This document shows positions 1 through 5,022 of a stretch of 24,592 nt of DNA, piece by piece (the first letter of the stretch is position 1; each line of letters begins with the position of its first letter). Both the position numbers and the translations under genes were made by a program. The DNA comes from Planctomycetota bacterium. Its GTDB lineage: Bacteria > Planctomycetota > GCA-002687715 > DRQF01. A model generated the notes under the pieces. The model saw nothing but the letters and a program-made list of their open reading frames with translations. It had not been told where the DNA came from and did not search any database. The stretch covers positions 1 to 24,592 of the forward strand of contig JAZGFI010000257.1 in NCBI GenBank assembly GCA_036479435.1. The letters are read 5' to 3'.

Positions 1-124
1 TGGCGATGGCGATGGCGATGGCGATGGCGATGGCGATGGCGATGGCGATGGCGATGGCGATGGCGATGGCGATGGCGATGGCGATGGCGATGGCGATGGC
101 GATGGCGATGGCGATGGCGATGGC
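1..124. repeat. Perfect hexamer tandem repeat (TGGCGA)x20 + TGGC, running off the left edge; encodes (Ser-Pro)n in the IS66 tnpA frame
   Basis: Positions 1-120 are 20 exact copies of TGGCGA, followed by TGGC at 121-124. Confidence 0.98.
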
Positions 125-345
125 AAAGAAGAGTGGCTCGCGGTCGAAAGAACTTCGACAAAGCCTCCATTGCCCGCCTCGGCACCCTTGGCTCTTCGAA
201 GTTTGCTCCGCCAGTACCGAAAGCTGCTCAGCGACACGCCGTTTTGGGTGCAAAACTCAGACTGGCTTAGGCCACTGGCTCGCCAAGCTGACTCGAAACG
301 GCGCGCTTTGGCATGGGTCCATCGTGACAGATCTTGCGTACTCAT
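1..345 (-). CDS. tnpA: IS66 family accessory protein TnpA (HTH), 3'-truncated by the window edge
   Basis: Hand translation from ATG 345, with SD AAGGAGG at 358-352: MSTQDLSRWTHAKARRFESAWRASGLSQSEFCTQNGVSLSSFRYWRSKLRRAKGAEAGNGGFVEVLSTASHSSLPSPSPSP... The W-x2-SGLS-x3-FC-x3-GVS-x-SSF-x-YWR-x-KL and FVEV motifs match IS66 TnpA. No stop before position 1, so it is absent from the ORF track. Confidence 0.85.
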   Translation of the reverse strand, partial: MSTQDLSRWTHAKARRFESAWRASGLSQSEFCTQNGVSLSSFRYWRSKLRRAKGAEAGNGGFVEVLSTASHSSLPSPSPSPSPSPSPSPSPSPSPSPSPSPSPSPSPSPSPSPSP

Positions 346-431
346 TGCTGACCTCCTTCGTCGGGTAGGTCGGCAGTCTGCACAAGATGTCATGCTGCCT
401 GCAATGGGCCGGTGCTTGTCCGCTTACGAAG

Positions 432-483
432 AAAAAAGAAAAAGGCCCGACCAGAAACCCCTAAGAGGGAATCTGGTCGGGCC
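432..483 (-). terminator. Rho-independent terminator of the peroxidase gene
   Basis: Perfect 12-bp stem GGCCCGACCAGA (444-455) / TCTGGTCGGGCC (472-483), with a plus-strand A tract at 432-443 (U tract on the minus transcript). It starts 26 nt after the stop at 510. Confidence 0.88.
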
Positions 484-509
484 AAGAGCGAGCGTTGCAA
501 GGTTTAGGC

Positions 510-2171
510 TTAGAAGATCGTAAAGGAGGCTCCGGAGCTTCCAACGAGGCCTTGTGGCCCCGCAGGGTCAACAACAAACCATTGGCCGAAAAACGAGGTG
601 CCTGCCAGCGCAGGTAGTGACGTGAAATTGGGCAGGTGCCGCGTTGCGGTCCCTTGACCGGCTCCAATTCCAGGTAATGGATTGACGGTTTCGAATCCAA
701 TAAATATCCCAGGGGTCAAGTCGATGTGCAAGGGGATGCCTATGACGATTGTTCCTGGGTTTGCGGCGGCAAAAGAAAAACCGAGCAAGGCTTGAGCACC
801 GCCAAGAGCGTTGCCGATTCCGATTTTGAAATCAGCATTTCCAACATTCTCGGGGGAATGCCCGATCATGATTGGATTCTGCCCCCCGCTCCCGGAAGTT
901 GAAGCGCCATAGATGTTGGATTGGAAAGGTGAGATCTCGCTGTGCAGAGTTGGTCGATCGAAGGGAAATTGCGCCATAGCGACTCTCGGGTCAGTGAGAG
1001 CATTTTCAAGGAACGCCTTGACCTTCAATTTGTCTGTTGGGCTGAGTGGTGGATTGAAGGGAAAGTTGGGGTTGGTTCCAGGGATTTCCTGATTGTAAAA
1101 GTCAAGACACTCATCGATGCTTGCAAATTGACCGCTGTGCATGAATCGTTTGCGAAGGCCCATGTTGCGTAGTGTCGGTGTTTTCACTGATCGGGAATGG
1201 TTGGGCAAGCCTATATTGTGAAGTCGACCGTCGGAAAAAATCCCACTACTGTTGGTATGGCATCCAGTGCAACCATTGTTCTGAAAGATCATTTGACCTT
1301 GAACTTCGTCTAAACTCATCGTGCCAAGGTCGAATGGAGATATGTCAGAGACGAGCGTCCGCATGTAAGCGGCGATGGCCATCGCGATTCGTTCTCTCGC
1401 AACCGGATTTACGAGGAACGGGGGGGTTGGATTAAATGCGTTTCTGAAGAGAAGGGCATACGAGTTCCCTGCATTTGTAATTGCTGTTGATAGGGGTGTG
1501 GGGATATTCGTTGCGAGCTTCAGCGGGACAGAACCGTTGATTTTGGACGTAATCTGGTTCCATTGAATCATATCGTGGGCCATCTCGACGGAAGAGATTG
1601 GCGGTCCTCCCAGCGTTCCGGGCGGAAACCCGTTTGGAGCGCCTGCGACTTGGGACTCGAGGCCAGCATTGGTGCCCATCCCTGGAACAACGTTGCCGTT
1701 GATGAACTCAAAACTTTCGTCCGCTCGCAAATCCCAAAACAGTGCTTTGAAAAACGCAGCGTTGATCATGGTTGGAGCGGTGCGATTCGTAACTTGTCGC
1801 CCGAACCCGAAACTGGGGTCATCGAAGTAGTCGCTGTTGGAGTCCTGACGGGTCATCCCCGGCGAGGCGAAGAAATCGTCACTGGTTCCGAACACATTGT
1901 CGGCACCGGGGTGAGGTGCGCCTGCATGAAAGTCCGCACCACCGGATTCAGAAAAGTGACAAGTACCGCAGGCCATGGTGTTGTCGGATGAAAGCTGTTC
2001 ATCCCAAAATAGGATTTTGCCCAAGGTTTCTTTAGCTGCTGTAGATGGATTACCAGCTGGTTGAACGGGTATCGGGAAGTTCCCAACTATGCCGCCTTGA
2101 GCCAGAACTCCGCTCGCGAAGAACAAGGCGCAAATGACTCCGAAAAAGACCGGTGACACAAATTGCTTCAT
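510..2171 (-). CDS. Secreted di-heme cytochrome c peroxidase / MauG-family protein with ~140-aa extra C-terminal domain
   Basis: Signal peptide ending VLA-Q. LGKILFWDEQLSSDNTMACGTCH (heme 1), RTAPTMINAAF, LFWDLRA, AIAAYMRTL, GCTGCH (heme 2), HNIG, KTPTLRN and FMHSG motifs. SD-like GGAGAG upstream. Confidence 0.9.
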   Translation of the reverse strand: MKQFVSPVFFGVICALFFASGVLAQGGIVGNFPIPVQPAGNPSTAAKETLGKILFWDEQLSSDNTMACGTCHFSESGGADFHAGAPHPGADNVFGTSDDFFASPGMTRQDSNSDYFDDPSFGFGRQVTNRTAPTMINAAFFKALFWDLRADESFEFINGNVVPGMGTNAGLESQVAGAPNGFPPGTLGGPPISSVEMAHDMIQWNQITSKINGSVPLKLATNIPTPLSTAITNAGNSYALLFRNAFNPTPPFLVNPVARERIAMAIAAYMRTLVSDISPFDLGTMSLDEVQGQMIFQNNGCTGCHTNSSGIFSDGRLHNIGLPNHSRSVKTPTLRNMGLRKRFMHSGQFASIDECLDFYNQEIPGTNPNFPFNPPLSPTDKLKVKAFLENALTDPRVAMAQFPFDRPTLHSEISPFQSNIYGASTSGSGGQNPIMIGHSPENVGNADFKIGIGNALGGAQALLGFSFAAANPGTIVIGIPLHIDLTPGIFIGFETVNPLPGIGAGQGTATRHLPNFTSLPALAGTSFFGQWFVVDPAGPQGLVGSSGASFTIF

Positions 2172-2488
2172 CTTACTCTCTCCGTTGCTTTGAAATTGCC
2201 CGCGCGGATTTTAGCATTGAGAGGACAAATTAGTAAGCTACGGGATGCCGCTCAGGCGCAGTGAGTAGGCAATGTCTGTTGCTTGGGATACTCAATCGTT
2301 TTGTTGAACGCCTGGGTGTGGATCCCGCTCTGATCATATGATTGATTTATCAAGAGGAATCTTGCAATCGCCACAAGTGCTACGTTGCTGTTCAGCGTCA
2401 AGTAGCTCTACCCACTGGCGACAATTAGAATTCCCCATGGGGGCCGACGTTTTTGGGCCTCCAGGGGTCCCGGTCAGGGCGGAGCCCT

Positions 2489-2516
2489 GTCTGGGGTCTG
2501 GGGTCTGGGGTCTGGG
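2489..2516. repeat. Heptamer tandem repeat (GTCTGGG)x4 flanked by two GC-rich hairpins
   Basis: Four exact copies at 2489-2516. Hairpins CAGGGC-GGA-GCCCTG (2475-2489) and ACCGCC-CGCAA-GGCGGT (2521-2537). Confidence 0.85.
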
Positions 2517-2545
2517 TCTTACCGCCCGCAAGGCGGTTCCCCCCG

Positions 2546-2764
2546 CTCATCGTGCCCCACAAAGTTGCCGCTGAACACTGCTATCCAGATGAGAAGAAAA
2601 TTCGAGCCACGGCGATGATCACCGCGAGTTTATCAAGCCCTCTCCAGATACTCTTGGGACCAGGCTCGCCATCGCATTTTCTTCCGAGAAACCCGCCGAT
2701 GCCGGCAACCATTCTTGTTGCGTCGCGTAACGTTGGCGGTTTCTTGGCTGCCTTTGGCGATGGA
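2546..2764 (-). pseudogene. IS4-family (IS50/Tn5-like) transposase C-terminal remnant with probable right inverted repeat
   Basis: Minus frame 2760-2581 translates SPKAAKKPPTLRDATRMVAGIGGFLGRKCDGEPGPKSIWRGLDKLAVIIAVARIFFSSG*. PPTL...GGFLGRK.DGEPG...WRG is the Tn5-type dimerisation-domain motif. CTCATCGTGCCCCACAAAG (2546-2564) matches 9/19 positions of the IS50 outer end, including CACAA. Confidence 0.85.
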
Positions 2765-3072
2765 TGTCAAGATAGTTGTCCCAATTTCAAATTAGTTACG
2801 CCACACCTGGTCTTGGGTTCAGTCTGACTACATCGACGCGATTCCAAGCCCTTGTTCTTCCGGACCACCGATTTAGGTTCCGCTTCCGCGCCGCTTCATA
2901 GACAGTTTTTCTGGCCTCTATGATGCCGGCGTCAAGGCCTTGGTGCCGTTCGCCAGGCGTCACAAATGAGATCCCCGAATGATGATGTTTGCTATTGAAC
3001 CATTCGACAAATTCCTCGACATAGATCCTTGCTGCTTCAAGTGAAGCGAGTGGTTTCTTGGGGTATCCCCCG
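2765..3072 (-). pseudogene. IS3-family-like transposase C-terminal remnant with terminal repeat
   Basis: Minus frame ending at stop 2796-2798 translates GYPKKPLASLEAARIYVEEFVEWFNSKHHHSGISFVTPGERHQGLDAGIIEARKTVYEAARKRNLNRWSGRTRAWNRVDVVRLNPRPGVA*. This matches the W(Y/F)N-x-x-H-x-HS-x-I-x-FVTP and RWSG-x-TR-x-W tail of integrase-core IS transposases. No start codon; in-frame stop at 3099-3101. TG-starting end sequence TGTCAAGATAGTTGTC at 2765-2780. Confidence 0.85.
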
Positions 3073-3139
3073 GTGTCAGGGTATTCTGCTGCCTCAGTTT
3101 AACTATTAGTGTGCTTCGGGGTTGGTCGTTGACGTGGCG

Positions 3140-4168
3140 CTAGCCGCGCATGGGGACTTTGAGTTCGCGGGCCTTGGGAACGATGAGCGCGTTGACGGCG
3201 GAAAGATGCTTGGACAAGTCCACTTGTAGTGCCTGGGACTCTCGGATGTTTTCCTGGGAGCGGTCGAAGATGTTGGCCTTGAGGTTTTCGATGCGCGGAA
3301 TGAGCATTGAGTCGAGAGTCTTCCACAGAGGCGCCAGCTTGGACTGAAGCGTATTCGCGTCGAGCGAGTCGGATTTCATCTTTGCCAAGACGCGTTGCGA
3401 CCATCCGCGGCGTTGTTCAAGACTGCTACGAGTGGTCACGATGCCTTCGATGGCGCGGTAGGCCGGAAGATACTCCGAGTCAATGACTCTAAAACGCTCG
3501 ATGATGTTTTCGGCGATGCCGACCGCGAGTTTGCGTCGGTCGCTGGTCTTGCCCCATTTACCGTCGGCGAGGTAGCCCTCATAAGCCTCTTGCCAATAGA
3601 CGACGGCGTCTTTGAAGCTGCGTTCGTGTTCGCCAACTTCGTTGGCCCAGCGGGAGAATTGGAGCTTCTCCTTCAGCGCGACTTTCAGATGTACGTAAAA
3701 ACGCCGGAGTCGAGACTCCACTTCCAGCATCTTGCCGCGTTCTTTCAGGTATGGCTCTGCCACGTCGGCAATGCGTTGGTGCAGGTCGCGGTTGCCATCA
3801 TCGAATGCCTTAAGCTGGCGTCTGATGTCGATTCTTCGTTTCGGATCTTTCTCGGAAGCCAACGCGGGGCCGAGGGCGCCGACGCTGCGAATGCGATTGT
3901 CGTAAGAAGCCCGCAACTGTTCGGTGACTTTGGCGAATCGTGTGTCTTTGGCGAAGGGTTCGACGCCCATCGGGCGCAGGAGTTCGAGCGTCGCGGAAAG
4001 TTCCGAATAGACGCGGCGATGTAGAGCCTCGAGTTTCTCCTCTGCTTTTGCAGAGTCTTGTTCGTTCGCGTCGCCGCGATCGGAGCAAGTGCTCAGCGCC
4101 ATGGCGACGAAGATGGCTAGGGCTGGCCAGATGGCGAGCTGAACGCGAGATAGTTTTGTGCTGGGCAT
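3140..4168 (-). CDS. Hypothetical helical/coiled-coil protein, probable lipoprotein
   Basis: 342 aa. Basic N-terminus, hydrophobic stretch, then lipobox-like LSTC. The rest is charged amphipathic helices. It starts 47 nt downstream of purQ on the same strand. Confidence 0.7.
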   Translation of the reverse strand: MPSTKLSRVQLAIWPALAIFVAMALSTCSDRGDANEQDSAKAEEKLEALHRRVYSELSATLELLRPMGVEPFAKDTRFAKVTEQLRASYDNRIRSVGALGPALASEKDPKRRIDIRRQLKAFDDGNRDLHQRIADVAEPYLKERGKMLEVESRLRRFYVHLKVALKEKLQFSRWANEVGEHERSFKDAVVYWQEAYEGYLADGKWGKTSDRRKLAVGIAENIIERFRVIDSEYLPAYRAIEGIVTTRSSLEQRRGWSQRVLAKMKSDSLDANTLQSKLAPLWKTLDSMLIPRIENLKANIFDRSQENIRESQALQVDLSKHLSAVNALIVPKARELKVPMRG

Positions 4169-4215
4169 ACTAGATCGTCATTCCCATTGACTCGAACAAC
4201 TCGTTGAGCATTGGC

Positions 4216-5022
4216 CTAGGATGCCAGATAGCGCACGGCATTTTCAAAGATTTGAAAACCTTCTCCCTGTGCGTTTTTGCTCGATGCGGTTTTGGCGTCG
4301 CTGGCTCGGCGGGTCCATTGCGGATGCTGCCAGTCAAACAAAAAGCGCTCGGGGTGAGGCATGAGACCGAGGACCTGCCCCGAAGCATCACTTAGACCCG
4401 CGATGTCGTTCAGGCTGCCATTGGGGTTAGCCGGAAAACCGGCCGCTTCGCCCGCCTTTTGGCCGAGATAGCGCAGGGCAACGCGGCGTCCGGCCTCGAG
4501 GGCTTTGACGTCTTGGTCGCTTGCGACGACGAAGCGCCCTTCGGCGTGCGCGACGGGCAGTTCGAGATCAAGGCCGGCGCGGAGGAAATGGGAATGGTCG
4601 TGTTCTGAGCGAAGATTTACCCAACGATCGATGTAGCGGTGACTCTCGTTGTCGATCAAAGAAGCACTCAGGCTGGCCCCCGAGGCCTCGGGGCCGGGTA
4701 AAAGCCCCGATCGCATCAGGACTTGGAAGCCGTTGCAGATCCCCAACACCAGCCCGCCGCGACTGAGCAATCGACGAAGTGAATCGCCGAGCGCGTGGTC
4801 GAGTTCGAGAGCCAAGACCGAGCCGGCCGCGATATCGTCGCCGTAAGAGAATCCACCGGGAATGACGACCGCCCCGAAGTCATCCAGGATTTTTGAGTTC
4901 TCTTTGAGGCGGTTGACGTGAATCTGCCGCGTCTTGGCGCCCGCCAGCTCAAAAGCGTAGGCGGTCTCCTCGTTGCAATTGGTTCCGGCGGCGCGCAGAA
5001 CGAGGACTTCAGGTTCAGCCAC
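4216..5022 (-). CDS. purQ: Phosphoribosylformylglycinamidine synthase glutaminase subunit PurQ
   Basis: GTNC, PGGFSYGD, GICNGFQ (catalytic Cys), AHAEG, NPNGS and MPHPER motifs. Start placed at GTG 5022 (SD-like GGAAGG), overlapping the purL stop. Confidence 0.95.
   Translation of the reverse strand: MAEPEVLVLRAAGTNCNEETAYAFELAGAKTRQIHVNRLKENSKILDDFGAVVIPGGFSYGDDIAAGSVLALELDHALGDSLRRLLSRGGLVLGICNGFQVLMRSGLLPGPEASGASLSASLIDNESHRYIDRWVNLRSEHDHSHFLRAGLDLELPVAHAEGRFVVASDQDVKALEAGRRVALRYLGQKAGEAAGFPANPNGSLNDIAGLSDASGQVLGLMPHPERFLFDWQHPQWTRRASDAKTASSKNAQGEGFQIFENAVRYLAS

Larger units (their letters stand above)
1..427 (-). mobile_element. Left end of an IS66-family insertion sequence
   Basis: The minus strand from 427 reads GTAAGCGGACAAGCACC; IS66 termini begin GTAA(GCG). 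It lies about 80 nt upstream of the tnpA start. The rest of the element is outside the window. Confidence 0.8.

Noticed and set aside
1..124. CRISPR array or telomere-like repeat
   Set aside because: There are no spacers and no cas genes; it is a simple hexamer microsatellite inside a coding frame.
6..368. Plus-strand (MA)n ORF, and the (GD)n frame continuing into ORF 170..523
   Set aside because: These are shadows of the repeat. The minus frame has a strong SD, IS66 TnpA motifs and an IS end upstream, and 170..523 runs through the terminator hairpin.
2342..2353. Canonical FNR box
   Set aside because: The half-site spacing is 2 nt, not the required 4; kept only as an unassigned palindrome.
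2334..2827. ORFs 2334..2531, 2338..2574 and 2453..2827
   Set aside because: They cross the tandem repeat and are antisense or off-frame to the IS4 remnant; no protein-like features.
3074..3089. TGTCAGGGTATTCTGC as the end of a third IS at the IS3 breakpoint
   Set aside because: Only 10/16 identity to the 2765 end sequence, in the same orientation, with no associated transposase sequence.
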